Source: Pristiophorus japonicus
Taxonomy: Eukaryota
Assembly: GCF_044704955.1 (NCBI RefSeq)
Contig: NC_091983.1
Coordinates: forward strand, 93,434,001 to 93,498,000
DNA length: 64,000 bases
Direction: 5' to 3'
The notes under the pieces were generated by a model. It was not told the origin of the DNA and did no database searches. It worked only from the letters and a program-made list of their open reading frames with translations. This document shows, piece by piece, positions 37,057-48,448 of the stretch. How positions within the stretch are numbered: the first letter of the stretch is position 1; each line of letters opens with the position of its first letter. Both the position numbers and the translations under genes were made by a program.

Positions 37057-39430
37057 ATGGCTACATTTGGCACACTAAAAGACTTTGCAGAGGGTGACGA
37101 TTGGGATGCCTTCAGGGAAAGGCTCGAGCAATATTTCATGGCAAACGACCTGGCGGGGAGACGGAGAAGCGCAAGGCTATACTGCTGACCAGTTGTGGGC
37201 CCGAAGTCTACCGCCATGTCAGGGACTTGCTGGTACCCATGAAGGCCAAGGATAAGACATATGATGAGCTGACTGAACTATTCGCGACCAACTTAAACCA
37301 AAAGAGAGCATCCTCACGGCCAAGCACAGATTCTACACTCATCGCAGACCTGAGGGCCAGGAAATTGCAAAATATGCTGCCGACCTCAGGAGACTTGCGG
37401 CACCGTGTGATTTTGGCACGCACCTTAACGAAGCATTGCGAGACATCTTCGTTATTGGAATTGGCCACGGGGGCCTCCTTCACAAGCTATTATCTGCTGA
37501 CACCACAATTAACCTGCAGAAAGCCATCGGCATCAGTCAGGCGTTCATGACCTCGATCTGCAGCACCAAGCAAATTATTCATCTATGGACTCAAACTCGG
37601 CAAGTACTATACACAGAATGGTGCCTTTCACAGACAAGACTGTAAAACGTGGCTCTGCCCAGGGCAGAGAGCACAGACCTCAGGGTTCCAGAACTCAGAG
37701 TCCACCGAGGGGTGCTAATCGAGGAGCACCATGCTGGCGTTGCAGAGGAAACCATAGGGCTCACCAGTGTCGGTTTGCTGAGTACGTGTGCAAAGCCTGT
37801 AACACGAAGGGCCACCTCCAGCACATGTGTAAAAGAAATACGACTCACTGTCTCGCAAAGGAGTCGGTAGATGACTTTGAATCCAGCGGGGAGTATGATG
37901 ATTTGGCCAGAGAGACAGCTCAGCCCCAAGAAGAAGTGTATGGAGTGTATACCTGCACCACCGATTGTCCTCCAGTGAAGATGGAAGTCGTGATAAATGG
38001 CGTTCCAGTCTTCATGGAAGTGGACACGGGAATGAGCAAGTCAGTGATGAACCAGGATGCCTTTGAGAGGCTATGGAACGAAAAATGACCCGAGCTGGTT
38101 CCAGTACAAGAAAAGTTGCGCACCAACACCAATGAGCCGATCCCAGTACTTGGTAGTGCGGATGTAAGTGTAATCCATAATGGCATGGTGCACAAGTTAC
38201 CACTGTGGATTGTTGCAGGTGATGGTCCAATGCTACTCTGAAGAAGGTGGATGGAGAAGATCCAATGGAAATGGGAAGACCTCTTCACTCCAGTAATCGA
38301 TGTCCCCCGTGCTCAGAGGCAGAGCAAAACCTCACCTTCGCTTGGGCCAGGCACCAGAGAATAAACCAGCGCAGCACCTGAGGCACAGATCATCCATCAC
38401 GACTGCGTGGCAATGATCCGACCGGAATGATCTAAAAATACCTTCCCGGCTCCAGTGGCAGGACTCCTGGGGAGGAAGATCGAATTCACAGGTACCCTTC
38501 CAGCGTTTGTGGCAGAATCACGGGATAGAAGGATCAAGGCACTCGACCTCGAGGACCAAGGCAAGATGGCGTCCCTGCTGCAGCGAGGGGCAGCGTGGCT
38601 GAAAAAAAAGATGGCCACAGCAATATCACAAGGTGCAACACTGAGGGACCAACACGTGCTGTCCAACAAAGGATTTGATTTGGGTAAAGCCAGCAGGGTT
38701 CTCTTAAAGAAGACCTGCAACCAACTGCACTTAAAGAGACATTGTATGCATGGCAATCAATGTAATGAACCGATTAAGATTGTGAACAAAATGTTGTTGT
38801 GAGATGTCGGCACTGTAAAGAACAAAATGCTGTTGCGAGATGGCAGTACCAGTCCTAATGTAAAGAACAAAATGCAAAATGTTGTCGCGAGATGTTGGGA
38901 ATAGAGTGTCCCCAAGAATAGCAAGCGAGCGAATTCGGGAAGGTAAAGGTGCTGATCCTGATACCCTGCCCCAGGTGTCCCCACAAGTTATGAGCCAGCG
39001 ACCTCAGGTTGGTGAAGGCATTGATCCTGATACCCTGCCCTAGGTCTATCCCATGCTGCAGGCACCCGATGGCAACATTCGCCACGGACCTGGAAACAAA
39101 AACGGCGCCAATACGCGCAGTCAGTCACCATCGCCCACCACCTGGGTGGAGACGGCGCAGCCCCCAGACACAGTCGCTACCTCGGCCATGTCCGGGAGCG
39201 AAAGGTCAGAACCAACGAGTTCCCCAAACGGGACCTGGAACAGCCAGGTTCCCAACACTGTGAGAGAGCAGACAGAAGACTCTGCAGCCCTCAAAGGAGG
39301 ACAGGGAGGCCACACACAGCTGTGGCTCTGCCCACCACTAGGCATCGGCAAAGGCCCCGAGTCCTGGCTCGGTGAGCGAACCAAGCCCACCCCGCTAGCA
39401 GGGGGCGCAGCGCCGCTATCAGACGACTAG
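37057..39430 (+). pseudogene. gag: Gag-protease polyprotein with long unrecognised C-terminal extension
   Basis: MATFGTLKDFAEGDDWDAFRERLEQYF; CWRC..H...C, C..C...GH....C; MEVDTG; KLPLWIV.GDGP. The frame continues past the protease with only point stops and one 7-bp duplication. Confidence 0.8.
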
Positions 39431-39950
39431 GGCCCCGTCCAATTGCTCTGAAACTAGTGTCCTCGCATACCTGTACTGCTACCTCAGTACTGACCATGAC
39501 TAAACCATGAATGTAATCTACCCAATCCTAGCGCACGACTGTAAAACATAACGAATGTAAATCACTGAACCCAGGTGTCACGATACAAACTGTAAAAAAA
39601 AATGTTCTTACTTTCTTTGTACTTGCACTGTGTCTGATCCTGTATGTTAATGTAACGGACCAGCTGCATGATCTCGCTGTGGGGTGGGGGGGGGGAAATG
39701 GATGTATGTAGCCATGGACACACACCTGGATCACACCCAGAACCCACTGGAACCTCCACCGCATCATCAAACCATGCAAACTGATAACCACTACCCAACG
39801 TTGTAGCAAAAGGATTTGGGGATTAACAGGGAGAGAGCCAAGCCAAAGCACAGCCAAGGTGCAAGGGCCATTGGCGCTTAAGTCTGGGGAGAGGTAAGCC
39901 AGAGCACATAGTACAAAGGTAATTGGCACCAAGGATTTGGGGGAGAGTGA

Positions 39951-40255
39951 TGTTGTATATGCAGACTATGGATGTACTCTATGTGTAGTCACTGTCTGAT
40001 TGCATTAGATGGAGACTTGTTTACCTGATGTACTATCAATAAGGTTTACACTGTGTACATCCATGCTGGCACAACTAGAGGGTGCAACTGATGGAGACCG
40101 GGGGTTTCCTGTCCTGGTGGCAGGGCCCTGTATAAAAGGCTGCACACCATGCTTGTGGGCACTCTGGAGTTAGGAATAAAGGACCAAGGTCATTACAGTT
40201 TGTGTACAACACATTGCCTCGTAGAGTCATTCATAAGTACATTATAGACATAACA
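39951..40255 (+). repeat. 3' LTR (305 bp, TG...CA)
   Basis: Starts TGTTG after the PPT and ends TAACA. Confidence 0.9.
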
Positions 40256-41259
40256 ATAAACATGTCCAAAGTTGGTTGGTTGCGAACACCGACTGTTGCT
40301 AAGTAAAATCTATCTCTCTCTATCTCCAATGATATCAAACACATTTTTTCCCGATATTGAATGAAATAAACATGAACACCTTTCGGAAGCTGAATTAACC
40401 AAGTTCCATATGCCAACAATTATCTCACCTGATCATCACCTATGTTGACATTCTAAATACTAACAGCCATCAGATATATATAGCGAAAAAAAACTAAATG
40501 AATTAAAATTGTGAAAACACTACTTACCACCTATGTCTGGTTAATAGCTAGTAATTAGAATGTTAAATTTTCTTATATCTGTCTGTGTGTGAGAGAGAAA
40601 GAGACGAAGACAGAGACAGACATATGTTCAGGCACCAATCAAACATCAAATTCAGAGATCTCTTGGAAAGTCATAAACAAGTGCTGCTGGACATGGGATC
40701 ACCTCCCTGCTGTCTCCAACCCTCCTCAGACTCTCAGGCCTATGCCCCGCTCCTTTCCGGTGACAGACACCAGGGATCCAGCAGTAAACCAAATGTCACA
40801 TTCAGCCCTAGTTGTGCCAAGTCTCAAAATCAATTTCCTCAATTCTCCCAAACCACAGGTTCCTTCTCCACAATAATAGCAGATCAAAGGGCCGCCCCAT
40901 GCTTCCAAACTCCAATACCCCCACTGCAGTACTGTCAAACTCACCCCACCCTAGTTCTGCAAGACTCCAAGATAATTTCCTAGTGTTACCAAATCCTAGC
41001 ATTGCCAAAGCCCAGGATTTCCCTTAATTATAGCTAACTGCCATTTCCCCTTCCAGTACTTCTGAATATCAAGACCATCTTCTTGGATGGCTGTTTTATG
41101 TAGGTGCATGAATGAATCAGTGATATGCCAATATAACTGTAGGGAATTTGCATTGATTGCAAAATTTACATACACTCACTGGTAAATTGGTGGGTACTTG
41201 TACCATTCAAAAATCCTGCCAGAAGATTTGATGGAATTCTAAATGTATTAGCTTATGTC

Positions 41260-41585
41260 AGTGTCAGCTTGGCTCAGTGGAAGCACTCTGATTCTGAGTC
41301 AGAATGTTGTGGCCAACTCCAGAAACTTGAGATTTTAGATTGAGGCCCTGTCTGCCTGTTCCGGGGAATGTAAAGGAGCACTATTTAAAGTATTGAATTG
41401 TTCTGATTGACATTTAGCCTTCAACCACTATCACCAAAACAGATTAACTGATAATTTATCTCTGCCATTCGTGGGACTGTGTGCATAATAACAATAACTA
41501 TACTAAAATACTAATTTATTGGCTCTGATGCACTTTGAGTCATTCTGAGGAGGTGAAAGGTGCTATATAAATATGAATTCTTTAT
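41260..41585 (+). mobile_element. Deu-domain SINE, degenerate and internally deleted
   Basis: tRNA-like head TGGCTCAGTGG; tail TGAAAGGTGCTATATAAAT. Confidence 0.6.
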
Positions 41586-41709
41586 GTGGGCTGAGATTCA
41601 GATTTTCAGCCCATTTTCCTGTCAATTGTGCTCACTTTGCCTCTGATTATCAACAAAATCGACCCTGATATATGAAGCAGTGCAGTAGTTATAGTCATCA
41701 CCATAGACA

Positions 41710-41855
41710 GTCCCAGTTATAGTACTGGACTAGCAACATGCAGATCAAATCCCAGCATAGTAAGGTGTGAATTGAATTCAATAAATCTGATCATCTGTGA
41801 GCTAGGACAAGCTAAATGACCATGAAAGCTGCCAGATTATCGTAAAAACCCAACT
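41710..41855 (+). mobile_element. HE1-like SINE fragment
   Basis: CTGGACTAG...CAAATCCCA...GAATTCAATAAATCTG...GACCATGAAA...GTAAAAACCCA. Confidence 0.55.
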
Positions 41856-42000
41856 CATCTTCTGATCTTCCTCACGGGAATGGCACAGCTCTGTCAGTGT
41901 CTCCCTGCTGAACCTTAGCCTTCTTAGGCATATTGTCATTGTAACTGTGCCATGATGTGGAAGATTAACGGCAGGGCTTAAGGGTGCACCATGTATCATC
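41856..42000 (-). pseudogene. Harbinger transposase N-terminal fragment
   Basis: CLRRLRFSRETLTELCH matches CVRRLRFSKDVVTELCH of the copy at 35971. Confidence 0.65.
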
Positions 42001-42208
42001 TGACACCATCAGCCTGCTCTTGCTGATCCTCTTATGCCAAGTCCAGTGACAATGGAAGGTAGATATTTGACTTTGCCGCTTCGGTAGTAAACTAGCCGAA
42101 CACAAAATGGAACGAAATTCAGATGGGTTCTAAATCCAAGGTTTTGAAATTGAGAATCTCCGCCTAGGTTTCTCAGTGCAGCATCTCAGTTCCATCTATG
42201 GGAGATGA

Positions 42209-42700
42209 CATAGAAACATAGAAAACATAGAAAATAGGTGCAGGAGCAGGCCATTCAGCCCTTCTAGCCTGCACTGCCATTCAATGAGTTCATGGCTGAA
42301 CATGAAACTTCAGTACCCCCTTCCTGCTTTCACGCCATACCCCTTGATCCCCCGAGTAGTAAGGACTTCATCTAACTCCCTTTTGAATATATTTAGTGAA
42401 TTGGCCTCAACTACTTTCTGTGGTAGAGAATTCCACAGATTCACCACTCTCTGGGTGAAGAAGTTTCTCCTTATCTCGGTCCTAAATGGCTTACCCCTTA
42501 TCCTTAGACTGTGACCCCTGGTTCTGGACTTCCCCAACATTGGGAACATTCTTCCTGCATCCAACCTGTCCAAACCCGTCAGAATTTTAAACGTTTCTAT
42601 GAGGTCCCCTCTCACTCTTCTGAACTCCAGTGAATACAAGCCCAGTTGATCCAGTCTTTCTTGATAGGTCAGTCCCACCATCCCGGGAATCAGTCTGGTT
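42209..42700 (-). mobile_element. CR1 3' fragment
   Basis: ORF 42310-42681; AAACATAG tail. Confidence 0.93.
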
Positions 42701-43258
42701 CAGAATCAGAATATTAAGAGAGGCATTCTTAAATGCCTCATCTGCCAGATTAATTGGTGTAGCATACACATTGATCATAGCGCTCAAAAAGTAAAACATT
42801 CTTCTGACAGCAGTTCTGCTTGTGTCAGAAGTCAAGGAATTTTCCAACATTGGTCGCTCGGATCACTTATTGGCACTGCATAAACCTTTACACCAGCAGC
42901 ACAATTTCTAGATTTATGGACTTAATTTTCCCCAAGCCCGTTTTCTGGCATATTGCCAGTTACACCCGTTTTTCTAGGCCAGAAATGCGGCAGAAATATT
43001 TTGCCAAAGTTTCCCCGATGTATAATTCGAATTTGGCGTCACACAGCGTGTCCAGTTGCCTCGGGGGTGGAGCCTGCTTCTGCACCAAAAAACAAAGCTG
43101 CGGAAAGAATAAGTTACGTTTTTGACGTTGTTCCAATGGACGTGCATGTTCAGTATAGCTCGGATTTGGAAACCGGCCATTTTTAAAGAGCCAGTTGTGT
43201 GTGAGAGAAGGAGTGCTGTGTGAGAGCATTGGAAAAATCGCAGCTGGAGCAATACAAG

Positions 43259-44850
43259 ATGCAATGCGGTGCAAGGACCAAGAATTTCTTACAGGAAGAA
43301 GTGGAGGCACTGGTTACTGTGATTGAGAACAGATGGCAGGAGCTGGACACCAGCAGAGGTGACATAAAAGTTCCACTCAAAGAAATGAAGAAACGCTGGA
43401 ACCAAGTTGCAGAAGATTACTGCACGAGATCTGGAAGGCAGTGTAAAAAGAAGTGGTCAAGTAGTTAGTGTAAGTAATATTTTCATTTATTCAATGGAAT
43501 TGCAAGTGTAAATGTGTCCCACCCAGCAGAAATACACCCTCTCTAAAAAGTTGCATTTTCATCTTTGCAGAGGAAGGTGGCACATAATAAAAGGGAAAGA
43601 ACTCGAACAGGAGGAGGCCCAGAAAATCTGCACCCACTGATACCCTTGGAAGAGAGGGTCACTGCTTTGATGGGTCCTGCCTGTAAAAAAGCAATCAGTA
43701 CTGCAAAAGCAGGGCCCACACTCGAGGGAGAGGGTAAGTCCTGCAAATTCATCATGGTCCTTCAAATCAGCCTAATGCCTGGCTGGCGATGTGTGAGCCT
43801 ACTCACGCCATCCATCCTGCCCCCTCCTCTGCTGCTAATCAGTTGACTGTTATGTTATCTTTTGCAGAACTTGAGGCCAACCCTGACAATGCAGAAGAAG
43901 ATTCAGATGAGGATCAGCCTGAAGAGGAGAACATCTTCCAATCCAACCCTCCAGACCAAGAACATGGGGGTGAGGGGGAGGGGGAGGGGATAGAGCTGGA
44001 TGAAGCTCCCACTGTTGTACAGACGTTGGAGGAGGTGCCGCTCATGGAGGTGACAGCCCCTTCCATGACTAGAGGTTTGAGTGTTGGTGGGACATTCCAT
44101 GGTTTTACACCTTCCAAGGTTGCGGGTCCCAGTGGTGGGGTGCACCGAGGCACACACAAGGCTCCACTTTCCGAGGTTGCCGGTCCCAGTGGTGGAGTGT
44201 AGCGAGGCACACCTAGGGCCCCACCGTCCCAGGCTGTGGGTTCCAGTGTTGGGGTGCAAGCCACATCTGTGGGGAAGAGGGGAGGAAGAGCTCGACCGTG
44301 CTCTCCTGAGGTGCAAAATACAACAGATGTGGTTCAGATGATGCAATTGAGTGCAGAGAGCATTGACCTTACCCGATCACTCCTGGATGCCATCAGTGGG
44401 GTGAGTGATGAGGTAACGGGACTGTCGGCAGAAGTGACAACAATGACACGAGAAATGGGAATGATATCCGGGACCATCTGTGAGGGAATAGTGGCTGTGA
44501 GGGAGGGAATGTCAGATGTAGTGCAAACCACGTCACTGACCATGAGGGAGGGAATGTTGCAGGTCGTTGAGACACTGTCAGGGCGCATGAGGGACGGCAT
44601 GTTGGAGTTAGCTGCTGCAATAAGAGAACATGCCCAGACCCCGCGCCCATTGACAGAATCAACTGTCACTCACACGCCAATCCCCACATAGCCTCTGAAG
44701 AGTGCCAAGCCGGGCCCTCCAACTTGCCGCCTGACACTGACGCCTACCCCCCACCCCCACTCAAGAGGTGCACAGTACCCGAGATGTTAAAAAGAATAAG
44801 CTTGGTACCAAGTCCAGAAACAAGCGCAGTGGGCAGATGGGTGCAGCCTT
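43259..44850 (+). pseudogene. Harbinger Myb/SANT-like DNA-binding gene, 3 exons (43259-43469, 43571-43733, 43868-~44850)
   Basis: RTKNFLQEEVEALV..IENRW...WNQVA....RSG.QCKKKW. GTAAGT donors at 43470 and 43734; TTGCAG acceptors ending 43570 and 43867; phase consistent across intron 2. Small deletions and stops. Confidence 0.88.
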
Positions 44851-45063
44851 TCTTTGCTGCTGCTGCTGCTACTATTATTGTTACTGTTCTCTTATTAAAG
44901 TAAAGTGTGAAACAAGAATAATTTTATTAAAGTTAAGTACATTTTAAACTTTTGAATACAATATATTTTTCATTAAAACTGAATCATGTTCCGTAATGCA
45001 TTGTGTTAATGGAACAGCTCCAAACAGTAAACATGTCCATGTGGAATAGTTGTCGCTGAGCCC

Positions 45064-46298
45064 TCAGACATCAGTAAAGCGATCACGGATGAGCTGCTGG
45101 CGCAAGGCTCGAGCAATCGTTAAAAGGGGCACGATGGCCCGCCCTCCTCCGCCGTCGTGCTCTGGCCTCAGGCACTTGCATGGTTTCCTCATCCTCGTTG
45201 TCCTTGTCCTCCTCCTCCTCCTGCTTGTCACCTGCATTTTCCACATCATTATCATCAGCCACTCTCATCGCAGGTGGGTCTTCCATTACCAGGTGTTGCT
45301 GCCTCATGATGGCTAAGTTATGCAGCATGCAGCAGACAACAGTGAACTGACCGACAATCTCAGGGGAGTATTGCAAGTAGCCTCCGGAATGGTCCAGGCA
45401 TCGGAAATGCTGTTTCAAGATGCCAACGGTCCTCTCAATGATGCTGCGCGTCGCAATGTGCGACATGTTGTATTCCCAGTCAGCTTCAGTCCGGGTTATG
45501 CGTAGGGGCGTCATGAGCCAGGTGGCGAGGCCGTACCCGTTGTCTCCCAGTAGCCAGCTCTGCTCTTCTGGCCGCTGCTGCTGAAACATGGCAGATATAA
45601 TGCTGTCGCGTAGAATGAAAGCATCATGGTGCTCCCAGGGTATCTTGCATTAACTGACATGATATGATGCATGCTGTCACACACAAGCTGCCCATTAATG
45701 AGTGGAAGCCTTTTCTGTTCCTTTACATCTCGGAATCCTCCCAAGGTGCTCGCAAGGCGATGTCGGTACAATCAATGCAGCCCTGTGTCTTTGGGAAGCA
45801 GCAATCCTGGAGAAGCCCTCAGCCCTGTCATAGATTGCTTGGGTGGTCATGGGGAATTTTATGAAGTCATTCCTACGCGCGTGCAGTGCAGCCATCATCT
45901 GCCGAATGGAGACATGTGTTGCATGTTGAGAAATGGCGCACACATCCCCAGTTACAGCTTGAAATGATCCGGAGGCATTGAATGAATGTGCAGCTGTACC
46001 CTTCACTTCAACTGACAAAGCAGTCCTCCTGATGTTTCTAGGTTGTAGGTCTGCTTTAACCAACTCACAGATCTCGGTTACAACTTCTTTGCGGAAATGC
46101 CGCCTCTGATACAGTCTGCATCACTCAGGTGCAGGTACGAACGCCTGTCTCGATATAGCCGAGGTGGGTAAGGCCTCCTGCCCAGCACCCTACGGGCTCA
46201 GATGTTCCTGATGCGATGAAGTCGAATCAATTGTCTCCTACGTAGCATCATGATGCAGAACGCTCGCACAAGATATGGCATTGTCAGCATTGCCCCCT
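45064..46298 (-). pseudogene. Harbinger DDE transposase (HARBI1-like), frameshifted
   Basis: TALSVEVK, ASGSFQ, GCIDCT, RYPGS, LGDNGY, IIERTVGILKQHFRCL, CCMLHNLA, acidic tail. Confidence 0.93.
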
Positions 46299-46399
46299 TA
46301 CTTAAAGTTAACTTTTGAAAGAAGCTCAAAACGGCAGGAAAGCAGGCAGGACAGGTTCACAGTTCTCTATCTAGGTCTGTATGGCTGGACCGTACCCAA

Positions 46400-47180
46400 A
46401 GGTCTTGTGACTTATCCTCTCTTTCCCCCCCCCCGAACTAGTTGGGAGTCTTGTGACTTCTCTCTCTCCCCTCCCCCCCCCTTTACTAATTGGAGTCTAA
46501 TGACTTCTCTCTCTCTCTCCCCTCCCCCCTCCCCCTTACTAGTTGGAGTCTTGTGACCCCTCTCTCTCTCCTCCCTCCCTTTACTAATTGGAGTCTTGTG
46601 ACTTCTCTCTCTCTCTCTCTCTCTCCTCCCCCCATTTACTAATTGGAGTCTTGTGACTTCTCTCTCTCTCCCCCCTCCCCCTTACTAGTTGGAGTCTTGT
46701 GACTTCTCTCTCTCTCCCTCCCCCTCCCCCTTTACTAATTGGAGTCTTGTGACTTCTCTCTCTCTCGCCTCCCTCCCCTTTACTAATTGGAGTCTTGTGA
46801 CTTCTCTCTCTCTCTCTCTCCTCCCCCTTTTACTAATTGGAGTCTTGTGACTTCTCTCTCTCTCCTCCCCCCCCCCTTTACTAATTGGAGTCTTGTGACT
46901 TCTCTCTCTCTCTCTCCTCCCTCCCCTTTACTAATTGGAGTCTTGTGACTTCTCTCTCTCTCTCTCTCTCCTACTCCCCCTTTACTAATTGGAGTCTAAT
47001 GACCTCTTTCTCTCTCTCCTACTCCCCCTTTACTAATTGGAGTCTAATGACTTCTCTCTCTCTCTCTCTCCTCCCTCCCCTTTACTAATTGGAGTCTTGT
47101 GACTTCTCTCTCTCTCTCTCTCTCCTCCCCGCCCCCCCTTTACTAATTGGAGTCTTGTGACTTCTCTCTCTCTCCCTCCG
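46400..47180. repeat. Minisatellite, about 15 units of ~50 bp
   Basis: Core TTTACTAATTGGAGTCTTGTGACTTC separated by variable (CT)n/Cn tracts. Confidence 0.95.
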
Positions 47181-48180
47181 CCCACATTGCAGTCTTTAGT
47201 GCAGAAGGCACCTTGCTCCCTGGGCTCCAAGCCTTCCAATCAGCACCTCGCTCTCTCTCTCCTCTTCCTCCTCCTCCCCCCCTCACGGCTTGTTTTGTAG
47301 CCGAACCCCGAGCTCCTGTGTGTGGCCGCTGGGCCGATTCTGCCGGCCAAAGCTACGATCCTCCAGTCCTGCTTCAAGACGTTCGGTGGTGGCGTGTGAG
47401 TGAGTAAAAAAATGAGAAAACTTCTGAAATCCAGAAAATTTACACTTCTACGTTGACAGGTAAAAAAAAGTTGAACTTTATTATTGATTTTGACAGTGTT
47501 CTTGACTCCCTCCAAAACCTTCGATTTAAAAACAATGGCGTCTTTCAGCTCAGATTTGTGAATGTGCGCTCGTTTTCTTAACTCAACAGAAGGTTTTTCG
47601 GGAGTGGCCAGATACGCCGACCTAAGAGAAAAAAATGTTGGCTAAACTGCGATCAATTGAAATAAACGGCGCAGACATGAGGGAACGCCCCCATGAAGTA
47701 AAAAAAACTGGCCTAGAAAAATCATAACTAAGTCAGTTATACTGGCGCAGATCACAGGGGGAAACTTTGAAAAAAATAAAGACGGCAAAAAAAATGGCAT
47801 GCGGCAAAAACACAGCACAAATGAATGGGGAAAATTGAGCCCTATATCCCTGTATGAAGAAGGAGAAACATTGCAAAGCAGGACCACAGTGATCGAATAG
47901 GATGCCACAATTTAACCTATAGGATAAGCGGTAATTCTTCAAAATGAACAAAAATGAGTGAGATAAATCTGGAATATGACTTTAAATTACATTTCTAAAG
48001 TAGGACAGAGACACAGGTTCAAACTACTGAAAGGTAAATTTAGACAGATAGCACGGGGTTCTTCTTCATACTTGGAATAGATTTCCAGATAGAGAATCCT
48101 GGAATCACTTGATGCTGCACTGAGGGTAGGAAAATAGGGTATTTTTAACTGGGTAAATTAAGATGGAATGAATAGCCTTT

Positions 48181-48448
48181 AGAATCATAGAATGGCTACA
48201 GCACAGAAGGAGGTCCGTCGAGTCTGTGCCGGCTCGCTGCAAGAGCATTTCAGCTAGTCCCATTCCCCCGCCCTTTCCCCGTAGCCCTGCAAATGTTTTT
48301 CTTTCAAATACTTATCCAATTCCCTTTCGAAAGCCACAATTGAATCTGCCTCCACCATCCTTTCAGGCAGTGAATTATAAATCCTAACCACTCGCTGCGC
48401 AAAAATGTTTTTCCTCATGTCGCCTTTGGTTCTTCTGCTAATCACCTT
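48181..48448 (-). mobile_element. CR1 (ATTCTATG-tail subfamily) 3' end; continues at 56871-57182 and 63529-64000
   Basis: ORF 48254-48445; tail AGAATCATAGAAT; colinear upstream pieces beyond the nested insertions. Confidence 0.85.

Larger units (their letters stand above)
36811..40255 (+). mobile_element. Non-autonomous Gypsy-derived LTR element (gag-protease only)
   Basis: Direct repeats 36811-37037 and 39951-40255; PPT GGGGGAGAGTGA before the 3' LTR; gag, zinc knuckle and protease present; no RT, RNase H or integrase motifs. Confidence 0.9.
42918..47842. mobile_element. PIF/Harbinger DNA transposon, complete termini, TAT TSD (copy A)
   Basis: TIR GGACTTAATTTTCCCC / GGGGAAAATTGAGCCC; TAT on both flanks; spliced Myb gene (+) convergent with a DDE transposase (-). 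Confidence 0.95.

Noticed and set aside
40620-41110. LINE remnant or CDS 40585-40983
   Set aside because: Only a vague NYRPIS-like trace; too degenerate to call.
46400-47180. CRISPR-like array
   Set aside because: Spacers are low-complexity CT/C tracts rather than unique sequences, there are no cas genes, and the context is eukaryotic.
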